A DNA stretch of 64,000 bases from Propionibacteriaceae bacterium (GCA_045806785.1 JBJMIR010000114.1:10913-74912); one strand, 5' to 3'. Positions 27,019 through 36,029 are shown, counted from the stretch's first letter. Made by a program: numbers and translations. Notes: generated from the letters alone by a model not told the origin.

Positions 27019-28725
27019 GTGATCGAGTTCGAGTCAGTCGGCAAAACCTTCCGAGATGGCACGGTAGCGGTCGTTGACCTCGACCTCACAGTGCCGTCCG
27101 GCAAGATCACCGTCATCGTTGGCCCCTCTGGTTGCGGCAAGACCACGACCCTTCGCATGGTCAACCGGATGCTCGAGCCGACGACTGGTCATATCACCTG
27201 GGACGGTGTGGCGCTTCGTTCCAAGCGCAAGACGACGCTGCGCCGCCAGATGGGCTATGTCATCCAGAGTGGCGGGTTGTTCCCGCACCGCACTGTCCTC
27301 GACAACATCGGCACGGTCCCGTCGCTGCTTCACTGGCCGAAGAAGAAGATCCAGAAGCGGTCACTGGAACTCCTCGACAGTGTCGGTCTGGAACGCAATC
27401 TTGCTCATCGTTATCCCGGGCAGCTCTCCGGTGGTCAGCAGCAGCGCGTGGGTGTGGCGCGCGCCCTGGCGGCGGATCCGTTGGTGCTGCTTATGGATGA
27501 GCCGTTCTCGGCCGTAGATCCCGTCGTCCGCAGCGAACTCCAGGAGTTCTTCCTCGGGCTGCAACGTGAGCTGAGCAAGACAATCATCCTGATCACGCAC
27601 GACATCGACGAGGCCATCAAACTGGGTGACCAGGTCGCCGTCATGCGGGTAGGTGGGCATCTCGCTCAGGTTGGTACGCCTCAGCAGTTGCTGGATGAAC
27701 CCACCGATGCGTTCGTTGAGGGTTTCGTCGGTCGCGATCGGGGTTTTCGCTCCCTCTCCTTTCAGCCTGCAAGCGAGCTTCCCCTGCAGAGAGTCAAGGT
27801 GGTCAGGGATGTCGAGACTGCATCCGGCGCCGGCCCCATTCTGGTGGTCGACGGTGATGCGCGACCAGTCGGTTGGGCGGATCCTGAGCGGCCCGGTCGA
27901 GTCTTCCCGTTGGGGTCAACCTTCAGCCCGGAGAAAGATTCACTTCGGGTAGCGCTCGACTCAGCACTCACATCGCCACATGGTCTCGCTGTCGCCGTGA
28001 CGGCCGACACGCAACGTTATGCGGGTGTGGTGGGTGCGGACATGATCCTCGACAGGGTCAGGGACGTACGGATATCGATCGCCGAGTCGATCTCCATTCG
28101 CGAGGCTGAGGCGGCGCAGGAGTACGAGCGACTGGCTGAGCCCGAGCCGGAGTACGAGCCGGTCGGTGAGTCCGATCCAGAGGACCAGCCGGTCGCTGAG
28201 TCGGAGCCCGAGAACGAGCCTGTCGAGCCTGAGCCGGCGGATGCCTCCATCGAGGAAGATGAGCAGGAAGGCACCTCAGCGCACGCCTATGAGTCGAACG
28301 ACGTTGACAGTGCGCCGACGGTGGAGCCTGTCGAGCCGGTCTACAACTGGCAGGACGAAGCGGCGGACGCGTACAGCTGGGAGGAGGACTCTGCCCGGGC
28401 AAGTCAGCCAGCGGAGGAACAGGCCCAGCCGCCCGAACCGCCTCGAGCCGAACCGCCTCGAGCCGAACCGGAGCCGATCAGGGATGTCGATCCCAATGAG
28501 TCCGATGCCGATGACTCGCAGACTGCGGTTCAGCCACGGGCTGATGGTGAGACCCACGAGAACGATGAGCCCACGGTCGCGATCGATTCTCCAGAGTCGG
28601 TTACAGAGCAAGGGCCGGAGCCGACGCCTCCCGGCAAGGCTCACCGTAGGGCGGACACGCACCAGGAGGACTGGGAGGCCATGGGCAAGGCTTTGTATCG
28701 CCGGGGCTCGGGCGTACTGCAGTGA
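27019..28725 (+). CDS. Osmoprotectant (glycine betaine/choline/carnitine-type) ABC transporter ATPase with a CBS region and a long acidic C-terminal tail
   Basis: Walker A GPSGCGKTT, LSGGQQQRV, LLMDEPFSAVD. OpuCA/ProV-like layout. About 220 extra Glu/Pro/Asp-rich residues at the C-terminus. Confidence 0.8.
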   Translation: MIEFESVGKTFRDGTVAVVDLDLTVPSGKITVIVGPSGCGKTTTLRMVNRMLEPTTGHITWDGVALRSKRKTTLRRQMGYVIQSGGLFPHRTVLDNIGTVPSLLHWPKKKIQKRSLELLDSVGLERNLAHRYPGQLSGGQQQRVGVARALAADPLVLLMDEPFSAVDPVVRSELQEFFLGLQRELSKTIILITHDIDEAIKLGDQVAVMRVGGHLAQVGTPQQLLDEPTDAFVEGFVGRDRGFRSLSFQPASELPLQRVKVVRDVETASGAGPILVVDGDARPVGWADPERPGRVFPLGSTFSPEKDSLRVALDSALTSPHGLAVAVTADTQRYAGVVGADMILDRVRDVRISIAESISIREAEAAQEYERLAEPEPEYEPVGESDPEDQPVAESEPENEPVEPEPADASIEEDEQEGTSAHAYESNDVDSAPTVEPVEPVYNWQDEAADAYSWEEDSARASQPAEEQAQPPEPPRAEPPRAEPEPIRDVDPNESDADDSQTAVQPRADGETHENDEPTVAIDSPESVTEQGPEPTPPGKAHRRADTHQEDWEAMGKALYRRGSGVLQ

Positions 28726-29375
28726 ATCTTGACTGGGCATGGATCGAACGCAACCTGTCGATGATCGGCAGTTTGCTGGTGGAGCACGTCATCCTCGCCG
28801 TACTACCGGTTGTCATTGCCTTCGTTGTCTCGCTGCCGCTTGGCTTTCTGGTTTCGAAGACGAGGCGGGCAGCCAACGTCATCCTGGCGTTCTTGGGCGT
28901 CATCTACTCGATTCCATCGCTGGCGCTCTTCGTGATGATGCCGTTGATCCTGGGCACGAGGATCCTCGATCCGGTCAACATCGTCGTCGCCCTGGCCATC
29001 TATTCGACCGCGCTGCTTGTCCGCAGCGTTGTGGATGGACTGCGCGGTGTGTCGCCAGCGGTGAGACAGTCCGCATCTGCTGTCGGCTATGGCTGGCCAC
29101 GGCGGCTCTTTCGCATTGAGCTTCCATTGGCCATGCCGGTCATCTTTGCCGGCCTGCGCGTCGTCACCGTCTCCAACATCGCCCTCGTCAGCGTGGCGGT
29201 TCTGGTGGGAAGCGGGGCACTGGGCAAGCTGTTTGATCTTGGCTTCGCCAGCTACTTCTACACACCGATCATCATCGCGTTGATCTTGATGCTGGCCCTG
29301 TCGTTGATCTTTGACGCCCTCATCCTGGTCATCCAGCGTGGCACGCTGCCATGGTTGAGGAGGCGACCAGCATGA
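28722..29375 (+). CDS. ABC transporter permease (OpuCB-like)
   Basis: About 6 TM helices. The GTG start overlaps the upstream stop (GTGA). Contains a binding-protein-dependent permease loop (VGYGWPRRLFRIELPLA). Confidence 0.8.
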   Translation: MNLDWAWIERNLSMIGSLLVEHVILAVLPVVIAFVVSLPLGFLVSKTRRAANVILAFLGVIYSIPSLALFVMMPLILGTRILDPVNIVVALAIYSTALLVRSVVDGLRGVSPAVRQSASAVGYGWPRRLFRIELPLAMPVIFAGLRVVTVSNIALVSVAVLVGSGALGKLFDLGFASYFYTPIIIALILMLALSLIFDALILVIQRGTLPWLRRRPA

Positions 29376-30088
29376 ACCTCTTCAGCTATCTCTCAGATCC
29401 GGCTAACTGGCAGGGGCCCGACGGGATTTGGAACCTGCTGCTTCAGCATCTTGGCTACACCGTTGCGTCGGTAGGCATCGCCGCCGCCATCGCTATCCCG
29501 CTCGGTATCTTCATCGGCCACACAGGTCGTGGTTCCTTCTTAGTGATCGGCCTGAGCAATGCCGCGAGGGCCATTCCCACGCTGGGTCTGCTGGTCCTGG
29601 TGGTGCTGCTTCTGGGCACCGGAACCGGACCGATCATCGGGGTACTGGCCATCCTCGCCCTGCCCCCGATCCTGACTGCCACAGCGGCCGGTGTCGGCGG
29701 TGCTGATCATGAAGCAGTACATGCTGCGCGTGCGCTCGGCATGGCGCCGCGACAGGTGGTGGCCAAGGTCGAGTGGCCGCTGGCGCTGCCTCTGGTGATC
29801 TCCGGCCTACGAAGTGCGACTCTGCAGGTTGTCGCAACGGCTACGGTCGCTGCGTACAGTTCGGGAGAAGGTCTGGGTCGGCTACTCATTACGGGCAATG
29901 CGACCCGTAACTACTCAGAAATGTTCGCCGGTGCCTTCATGGTTGCCGTGCTTGCCGTGGTACTCGATATTTTGCTGGGCGGCCTTGGCTGGCTTGCTAG
30001 TCGCCATGCCAGCCCAGGACGTCGAGCCCGCCCAATAGGCAGGATGATCAGCGAGCCCACAGGAACCCCACTTAACCTCGTCGGGTAG
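29372..30088 (+). CDS. ABC transporter permease (OpuCD-like)
   Basis: ATGA overlap with the upstream stop. Multi-TM permease, paralogous to the preceding gene. Confidence 0.8.
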   Translation: MNLFSYLSDPANWQGPDGIWNLLLQHLGYTVASVGIAAAIAIPLGIFIGHTGRGSFLVIGLSNAARAIPTLGLLVLVVLLLGTGTGPIIGVLAILALPPILTATAAGVGGADHEAVHAARALGMAPRQVVAKVEWPLALPLVISGLRSATLQVVATATVAAYSSGEGLGRLLITGNATRNYSEMFAGAFMVAVLAVVLDILLGGLGWLASRHASPGRRARPIGRMISEPTGTPLNLVG

Positions 30089-30126
30089 CGGGGTTTGTCC
30101 GCTCACGACAAAAAGAGAGTTCAGGA

Positions 30127-31074
30127 ATGAAGATCAAGCAATCACTTGTCGGTGTCGGCCTCGGTATCGCTGGCCTGCTGCTCGCAGCGTGCGGGGCCAA
30201 TAGCAACCCGCTGAATGAGGCGACGTCTCCCCAGCCCTCTCCGTCGGGTTCGGGAAGCGCGGCGGCACAGAGTGCCCCAATTGTGGTTGGATCGGCCGAC
30301 TTCACCGAATCCAAGATTCTGGCCGAGATCTACTCTCAAGCCTTGAAGGCAAAGGGCATCGAGTCATCGACGAAGCTCGGGATCGGATCGCGGGAGATCT
30401 ACATCAAGGCACTGCAGGATGGGTCCATCACGGCAGTACCTGAATACACCGGCAACCTGCTGCTCAACTTTGACAGCAACGCCACAGCAACCACTGCCGG
30501 AGAGGTCGAGAAATCGCTGCCTGCAGTGCTTCCGCAGGGGCTAAAGGTGCTGAAGGCATCACCAGCTGTCGATCAAGATGTCTACGTCGTCACCAAAGAC
30601 TTTTCGGCGCAGAACGGGATTAACTCGCTCGAGGATCTGAAGAAGATCGCGAGCACCTCCACCCTTGGTGGACCGCCAGAGTTGGAGAAGCGGGCGTACG
30701 GACCTCCAGGGCTGGAAAAGATCTACGGCGCCAAGTTCAAAGCCTTCCGGCCGTACGCGAAGTACCCGCCCAAGATCAGTGACCTCGACAGCAACAAGAT
30801 TCAGGTCGCGACCTTCTTCACCACCGATGCGGTGCTCTCCGAGAAGGGTTACGTCCAGCTGCAAGATCCGCAGTCGATGATCCTTCCGCAGAACGTGATA
30901 CCGCTGGTTCGCTCGGACGTGGCTGACAATGCGACTGCGGTGTCGGCGCTGGATGCCGTTCAGTCGGCGCTGACCACCGATGATCTGATGCAGCTCGATA
31001 AAAAGGTTGACAGCGAACATCAAGATCCTGCTCAGGTGGCCGGCGAGTGGCTGAAGAGCAAGGGCTTGGCGTAG
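30127..31074 (+). CDS. Osmoprotectant-binding lipoprotein (OpuCC/OpuBC-type substrate-binding protein)
   Basis: Signal peptide with lipobox LLAAC. The body starts IVVGSADFTESKILAEIY and continues PEYTGNLL, typical of glycine-betaine-type SBPs. Confidence 0.8.
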   Translation: MKIKQSLVGVGLGIAGLLLAACGANSNPLNEATSPQPSPSGSGSAAAQSAPIVVGSADFTESKILAEIYSQALKAKGIESSTKLGIGSREIYIKALQDGSITAVPEYTGNLLLNFDSNATATTAGEVEKSLPAVLPQGLKVLKASPAVDQDVYVVTKDFSAQNGINSLEDLKKIASTSTLGGPPELEKRAYGPPGLEKIYGAKFKAFRPYAKYPPKISDLDSNKIQVATFFTTDAVLSEKGYVQLQDPQSMILPQNVIPLVRSDVADNATAVSALDAVQSALTTDDLMQLDKKVDSEHQDPAQVAGEWLKSKGLA

Positions 31075-31082
31075 CTGCTGAG

Positions 31083-31097
31083 ACGCCGACTTGTCAG
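31083..31097. repeat. 15-bp direct repeat ACGCCGACTTGTCAG, copy 1
   Basis: Identical to 32138-32152. The two copies bracket the stand-alone LigD-polymerase gene. Confidence 0.6.
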
Positions 31098-31140
31098 CGT
31101 TGGTGGTCGCCATAGCAACCACTGGGCGCTGACAGGTCGG
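31086..31140. terminator. Long imperfect hairpin between the convergent opuC-like and ligD-pol genes
   Basis: CCGACTTGTCAGCG (31086-31099) pairs with CGCTGACAGGTCGG (31127-31140) at 13 of 14 positions. It lies between two stop codons. Confidence 0.45.
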
Positions 31141-31156
31141 TGCCAATGTGTCCGAA

Positions 31157-32119
31157 TCATTCGGCGTCGGGCGGTGCGGCCTTGTTGTCGCGCTCGTCTC
31201 GGTCCGCCCACTCCAATAGCTCATCTAGCCGGTAGGGGTGTTCGTCGATGTCGGCGTGCAGATCACCGACCTCGGCGTACCGGCCCGGCATGGTAGCGAT
31301 GGTGAAGTCCTTCGGATCGGCGTCGGCGATCTCCTGCCAGCGGAGCGGTGCCGAGACCACTCCCTCCGGGGTGCCGCGTACCGAGTACGCGCTGGCAATG
31401 GTGTGATCACGGGCGTTCTGGTTGTAGTCCACGAACACCGAACCGGGATCACGATCTTTACGCCACCACGTCAGATCGACCATGCCGTGTGCTCGACGCT
31501 CGACCTCGCGAGCGAAGGCCCACGCCGCACGGCGTACGTCGGGGTGTCCATGATCAGGAAAGATCCGTACGTAGATGTGTAAGCCCTTGCCGCCAGAGGT
31601 CTTCGGGTAGCCCACCGCCCCAAGTTCATCCAGCAGTTCGTGCGCGATCACCGAGACCCGCTTGACGTCCTGGTAACTGGCGACTGGCATCGGGTCAAGA
31701 TCGATTCGCCACTCATCAGGAGATTCCACGTCATCGCGCCGCGAGTTCCAGGGATGGAACTCCACCGTCGACATCTGCACTGCCCAGATCACGTCCGCCA
31801 CATGGTTGACACACAGTTCATCGGCATCTCGATTGAACCGCGGAAAGTGCACCCGTACGGTCTCGATCCACGGCGGCGCGCCATGCGGTAACCGTTTCTG
31901 GTGGACTTTCTCGCCATCGACACCGTCGGGAAAGCGGTGCAGCATGCAGGGCCTGTGATAGAGGGCTTTGACGATGCCGTCGGAGACTGAAAGGTAGTAC
32001 CGAGCAAGATCAAGCTTGGTCTCGCCGCGCGCCGAGAAGTAGATCCGGTCAGGATTGCTGATCTTGACGACCCGATCTTCGACCTCTAGCTCGATGCGCT
32101 CCGTGGCCATGTCCGCCAC
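31157..32119 (-). CDS. Stand-alone LigD-type AEP primase-polymerase (polymerase domain only, 320 aa)
   Basis: Contains KISNPDRIYFSARGETKLDLARYY, RFPDGVDGEKVHQKRLP and TSGGKGLHIYVRI. No ligase or nuclease domain is attached. Confidence 0.85.
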   Translation of the reverse strand: MADMATERIELEVEDRVVKISNPDRIYFSARGETKLDLARYYLSVSDGIVKALYHRPCMLHRFPDGVDGEKVHQKRLPHGAPPWIETVRVHFPRFNRDADELCVNHVADVIWAVQMSTVEFHPWNSRRDDVESPDEWRIDLDPMPVASYQDVKRVSVIAHELLDELGAVGYPKTSGGKGLHIYVRIFPDHGHPDVRRAAWAFAREVERRAHGMVDLTWWRKDRDPGSVFVDYNQNARDHTIASAYSVRGTPEGVVSAPLRWQEIADADPKDFTIATMPGRYAEVGDLHADIDEHPYRLDELLEWADRDERDNKAAPPDAE

Positions 32120-32137
32120 AGTAACGCCTCATCGCTT

Positions 32138-32152
32138 ACGCCGACTTGTCAG
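32138..32152. repeat. 15-bp direct repeat ACGCCGACTTGTCAG, copy 2
   Basis: Identical to 31083-31097. It lies 19 nt upstream of the ligD-pol start. Confidence 0.6.
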
Positions 32153-32158
32153 AACGTG

Positions 32159-32176
32159 GTTGACCTATAGGTCAAC
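32159..32176. promoter_or_regulatory. Perfect 18-bp palindrome GTTGACCTATAGGTCAAC upstream of ligD-pol
   Basis: Read directly from the sequence, 40 nt upstream of the start codon. It has the size and symmetry of a dimeric repressor operator. Confidence 0.45.
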
Positions 32177-32198
32177 TAGGTTCTGAAGTCGGTGGAAG

Positions 32199-32480
32199 TC
32201 AGCGGGCGCGGAGCCAGGCGAGCACGGCCAGGACTCGGCGGTTGTCAGAGCCGAGGTCGGGCAAATTGATCTTGGCAAAGATGTTGGAGATGTGCTTCTC
32301 CACCGCACCGCCGGTCACCACCAGGCGTTCGGCAATGGCGGCATTGCTGCGGCCTTCGGCCATTAGAGCCAGTACTTCGCGCTCCCGGGTGCTGAGTGCG
32401 CTGAGTGGGTCGGCTCTGCGCCGTGCGACCAGGAGCTGTGCGACGACCTCCGGGTCCAGAACGGTGCCGCCGGCGAAATG
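32199..32480 (-). pseudogene. Remnant of a NarL/LuxR-family response regulator (C-terminal HTH only, receiver domain missing)
   Basis: Hand translation gives GGTVLDPEVVAQLLVARRRADPLSALSTREREVLALMAEGRSNAAIAERLVVTGGAVEKHISNIFAKINL..LAWLRAR-stop. Upstream is an in-frame stop and a frameshift (EALRTISPAAPFW in another frame). Confidence 0.75.
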
Positions 32481-32541
32481 GTCCGCAGAGCCTCAACCAA
32501 GGGCTATAGCACGCTGAGACGCTGACAACTCGGGGTAGGGG

Positions 32542-32895
32542 TCAGGGGGTTTGCGGGATCGTGGCAGTCAGTACGGTTGTGCCTCCGACTGGTGAGGAGA
32601 TCGTCAGGGTGCCGTCGACCAGCAAGCCGATCAACTAGCCCGGGATAAGCCGTGGCCCTTGGCGGATGCGGCTCCGCCGATCCCATCATCGGTGATGTTG
32701 ATCACTGCCAGGGCGCCGATCCGGCGTACCTCGATCGACGCTGAGCGAGCATGACTGTGCTTTTCCATGTTGGCGAGCGCCTCGGCGACTACGAAATACG
32801 CCGCATTTTGTGCCGCGTCCGAGAGCTGCACATCCTCTACCTCCACCGAGGTGGGAATGCTGCCGCGGGCAGCTAGCGCGGTGATCGCGGCGCTA
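32542..32895 (-). pseudogene. Remnant of a NarL-type sensor histidine kinase (HATPase_c part, frameshifted, no sensor/DHp region)
   Basis: AAYFVVAEALANMEKHSHA .. ITDDGIGGA .. GHGL, then the sequence continues in two other frames (GLVDRLAG, then LVDGTLTISSPVGGGTTVLTATIPQTP-stop). Stops lie upstream of about 32895. Confidence 0.75.
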
Positions 32896-32949
32896 AGACC
32901 TTCTTAGTTGATCAGGACGTGCAGCAGATCCCGCCAGGTACGATGGGGC

Positions 32950-33008
32950 TTGCAAATGATAGTATCGCGATATATCTTGATAGTGTCTTTATCGAAAGGA
33001 GACAGATA
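32950..33008 (+). promoter_or_regulatory. AT-rich promoter/operator region of the padR-like gene
   Basis: TGATAGT direct repeat (32957-32963 and 32978-32984, 21 bp apart) and palindrome TATCGCGATA (32963-32972). AAGGAG lies before ATG 33009. Confidence 0.45.
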
Positions 33009-33629
33009 ATGCGTAACAAAGTTCGAGGTCCAATAGGGGAGTTTGAACACCGGGGACGCGGCTGGGAGGCCGACCCTGGACGTAGGGCAGGCCCTCGGGG
33101 TGAGCAACATCATCCGCACGGTCAACGAGAGGGTCGCAGTGGTCGCGGCCGGCCAGGTGGCCGGGGGCGGGGCCGAGCGCAGCGTGGCGATGTGCGGACA
33201 GCAATTCTGCTCTTGCTCACAGATCAGCCGATGCACGGCTATCAGATCATGCAGGCGATGAGCGACCGTACTGGCGGTGCCTGGCACCCGAGTCCAGGCG
33301 CGATCTATCCCACCATTGCGCAACTCGAGGACGAGGGCTTGGTCACCACCAACGAGGAGGGCGGCCGTCGGTTGGTGACCCTGACCGATGAGGGTCGTAC
33401 CTACCTTGAGGAACGCAGCGCGCGACTGGGCGATCCGTTTGCCGACTTTGCCGACGCGCCGAATCGCCCAGATCTGCGAGACCCGTTGCATCAAGTGCAT
33501 GCAGCCGTACGCCAGATCGAGGTCGGCGGTAGCGCCACTCAGCTGGAGGCTGCGGAGCGAATACTGGCGCAGGCCAAGCGATCGCTGTATTTGATCTTGG
33601 CCGGAGAGGGCGAGGACGCCGGCGAGTAG
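33009..33629 (+). CDS. PadR family transcriptional regulator with an Arg/Gly-rich N-terminal extension
   Basis: Contains AILLLLTDQPMHGYQIMQAM .. GAIYPTIAQLEDEGLV (PadR winged helix). ATG 33009 follows AAGGAG. Confidence 0.8.
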   Translation: MRNKVRGPIGEFEHRGRGWEADPGRRAGPRGEQHHPHGQREGRSGRGRPGGRGRGRAQRGDVRTAILLLLTDQPMHGYQIMQAMSDRTGGAWHPSPGAIYPTIAQLEDEGLVTTNEEGGRRLVTLTDEGRTYLEERSARLGDPFADFADAPNRPDLRDPLHQVHAAVRQIEVGGSATQLEAAERILAQAKRSLYLILAGEGEDAGE

Positions 33630-33957
33630 GCAGCTACGCGCCGGCTCCGTGCTGCTCGTTGCGGACTGTTCACAGCCCACTGACAGGTTCAGCACGGGTC
33701 GCACTCAGCGAGGTTTTTGACGATGAAAGCCCATCGACGAGGAGCACCTGATGTGTCCCACGCGTCAAGGTGGTCAGCGTGACGGCGCTGGCCACCACGC
33801 AGCCTCGCGTACCGGTCAACGGCCCAACGGCATTGCTTCCGTGACCGTCATCGCAGTCTTGCCGACCGATCTACAGCGCACTCACCGTGTGGGCCGACGG
33901 TGCGGCGCTGCTTCTCACAGATTTCACCAGTAACTATCTCGGTTGAAAGGACGATTT

Positions 33958-34275
33958 ATGCCTCCACGTTTCCCGCACGATCCCGACGGATGGGAGCAGC
34001 ACTCGGTTTCCATGCTGCCGTTGCTTGGCAACTTCCTCTTCCTGCTCGTGATCTTGGCTTTGGTGCTCACTGGGCTTTATCTGTGGCGAACCGGGAAGCT
34101 GCCGTTAGGCAACCTCGGGAAACGTTCGCCAGAAGAGGACGCTAAGCGGATTCTCGCCGAACGTTTCGCCCGTGGCGACATCACCTCCGATGAGTTCCTG
34201 GAGCGCTCCAGCATTCTCAACTGGACGCCGGGCGCCGAGCCACTTCCGTCCAAGGCTGGCAAAAAGCGCCGCTAG
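33958..34275 (+). CDS. SHOCT-domain membrane protein
   Basis: One TM helix, then ILAERFARGDITSDEFLER (SHOCT motif). ATG 33958 follows GAAAGGA. Confidence 0.7.
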   Translation: MPPRFPHDPDGWEQHSVSMLPLLGNFLFLLVILALVLTGLYLWRTGKLPLGNLGKRSPEEDAKRILAERFARGDITSDEFLERSSILNWTPGAEPLPSKAGKKRR

Positions 34276-34289
34276 TCAGCCGCACACAA

Positions 34290-36029
34290 CTATGACGTGG
34301 ACGGCGCACCCATGCCAGGCACTGCATAGGCCGGCATCATGTGTGCCAGCGGCAGGCGCACCGTAAACTGGGTGCGACCGGGCTGGCTGCTGACGGCAAC
34401 GTTGCCGTGATGGGCGGCGACGACCGCGGCCACAATGGCCAGGCCGAGTCCGGTACTGCCACCGGCCCTCGCGTTCGGCGTACGGGTCCGGCTTGCGTCT
34501 CCGCGAGCGAAGCGTTCGAAGACCCGGTTGGACACCTCCGGTGGGATGCCCGGCCCGTTGTCGGTCACTGTGATCACCGCATCCGGACCGTTGACGGAAA
34601 CCTGAGTCTGTACCCGGGTTCCGGGCGGGGTGTGGGTACGGGCATTAGCCAACAGGTTGGCCATCACCTGCTGCAGCCTGTTCCGGTCGCCATGGGCAAT
34701 CACCGGATACTGCGGCAAGCTGAGCTGCCAGGCATGATCAGGACCGGCCGCCCGGGCATCGCTCACCGCGTTGATCACGATCTCGCTCAGGTCGCACGGC
34801 TGCAGATCAAGATCAGGTCCAGAGTCCAGACGTGCCAGCAGCAGCATGTCTTCCACGAGATGCGACATCCGTTCGGCCTCCGATTCCACGCGCGACATCG
34901 CGTACGCGGCCTCGGTAGGGAGCTGTTCACGATCGCGCCTGGTCAGTTCTGCATAACCGCGGATTGCTGCCAGCGGATTGCGCAGCTCATGTGACGCATC
35001 TGCCACAAACTGGCGCACTTTGGTCTCCGATGCCTGCCGCGCGGCGAGCGCCTCCTCTACGTTGTTGAGCATGTGATTGATCGCCTGCCCAACACGCCCG
35101 ACCTCGGAAGCCGGATTCGCATCTGCAGGCGGCACCCGTACAGCCAGCGCGACCTCGCCGCGATCAAGCTTCAGCTGGGACACCTGCTGGGCTGTTGCAG
35201 CCACCCGATTGAGCGGACGAAGAGTCCGAACGACAAGAGACCGGGACGCGAATATGGTGCCGGCGATGACAAGGAGCGACAGCAGCGCCGCAAGGCCGAC
35301 AAGCTGGAGCACCGTCTCTTCGACCTCGTGCAGCGGTACGCCCACCACCAATGTGCCGAGATCGGTGCCGCCACTCAGCACGATCTGATAACCGACCACC
35401 CGGTAGTGACCTAATCCGCGGAGGGCAATGGAGCTCTTGGTGCTGTCGGTCGGTACGTCAGCGAGCTGATCGACAGCAACCTGTGGTAGCTCTGTGACCG
35501 CGGCGCGTCCCCGTTGTCCGGAGGCGCCAAGCTCGGTGAGCATGCCACCCGCCACCGGCGTGCCGTCGGTGCCGTAGAGCACTGCCAGGGTGCCGATTGG
35601 CTGACCGGGGCGGAGCAGCCCAGTGTCAGGGCCCCCAATGGGCCAGGCGTCGGGGTCGCGTACCCGTGCGGTGACCGCATCTAGCTGCCGATCGAGCTGG
35701 GACATCAAAAGCTGGCGGGTAGCCAGCGCAGTTGCCGTGGTGATCAACAAGGCGGCAATAGCGACCAGCGCTGTTACCCGGATGACGAGCTGGCGGCCCA
35801 GCGTGTGTCGGCCGAACGGTTCTGTCTGTTGCAGGCCGTACGCCGCACCAGGTGCGCCGGCACCTGTGCCGGGACCGGCCGGGCGCAGGTTCAGCTGTTC
35901 AGGCGGTTGCCAGCCTGCGGGCGGGACCGGCTGCCTTGTCGGCTGGCCGGGAACCGGCTGCCAGGTCGCCTCGCCAGGAGCCGACTGCCCACCTATCGGA
36001 GTGGAGCCGGGCTGGCCGCTTTGGCTCAT
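34290..36029 (-). CDS. Sensor histidine kinase (HAMP + HisKA + HATPase_c) with a Pro/Gly/Gln-rich N-terminus
   Basis: H-box FVADASHELRNPLAAIRG, N-box LLANARTHT, G-box GLGLAIV. The start overlaps the regulator stop (ATGA at 36026-36029). Confidence 0.85.
   Translation of the reverse strand: MSQSGQPGSTPIGGQSAPGEATWQPVPGQPTRQPVPPAGWQPPEQLNLRPAGPGTGAGAPGAAYGLQQTEPFGRHTLGRQLVIRVTALVAIAALLITTATALATRQLLMSQLDRQLDAVTARVRDPDAWPIGGPDTGLLRPGQPIGTLAVLYGTDGTPVAGGMLTELGASGQRGRAAVTELPQVAVDQLADVPTDSTKSSIALRGLGHYRVVGYQIVLSGGTDLGTLVVGVPLHEVEETVLQLVGLAALLSLLVIAGTIFASRSLVVRTLRPLNRVAATAQQVSQLKLDRGEVALAVRVPPADANPASEVGRVGQAINHMLNNVEEALAARQASETKVRQFVADASHELRNPLAAIRGYAELTRRDREQLPTEAAYAMSRVESEAERMSHLVEDMLLLARLDSGPDLDLQPCDLSEIVINAVSDARAAGPDHAWQLSLPQYPVIAHGDRNRLQQVMANLLANARTHTPPGTRVQTQVSVNGPDAVITVTDNGPGIPPEVSNRVFERFARGDASRTRTPNARAGGSTGLGLAIVAAVVAAHHGNVAVSSQPGRTQFTVRLPLAHMMPAYAVPGMGAPSTS

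Noticed and set aside
26684-27022. 112-aa plus-strand and 109-aa minus-strand ORFs in the 26.6-27.0 kb gap
   Set aside because: Both run through the AT-rich repeat array and have implausible composition. Only a different minus frame shows coding-like third-position bias, and even that lacks a good start.
33751-33933. 60-aa ORF between padR and the SHOCT gene
   Set aside because: No ribosome-binding site, Arg/Gly/His-rich composition and no motif. The gap may hold a regulatory RNA, but I cannot support one.
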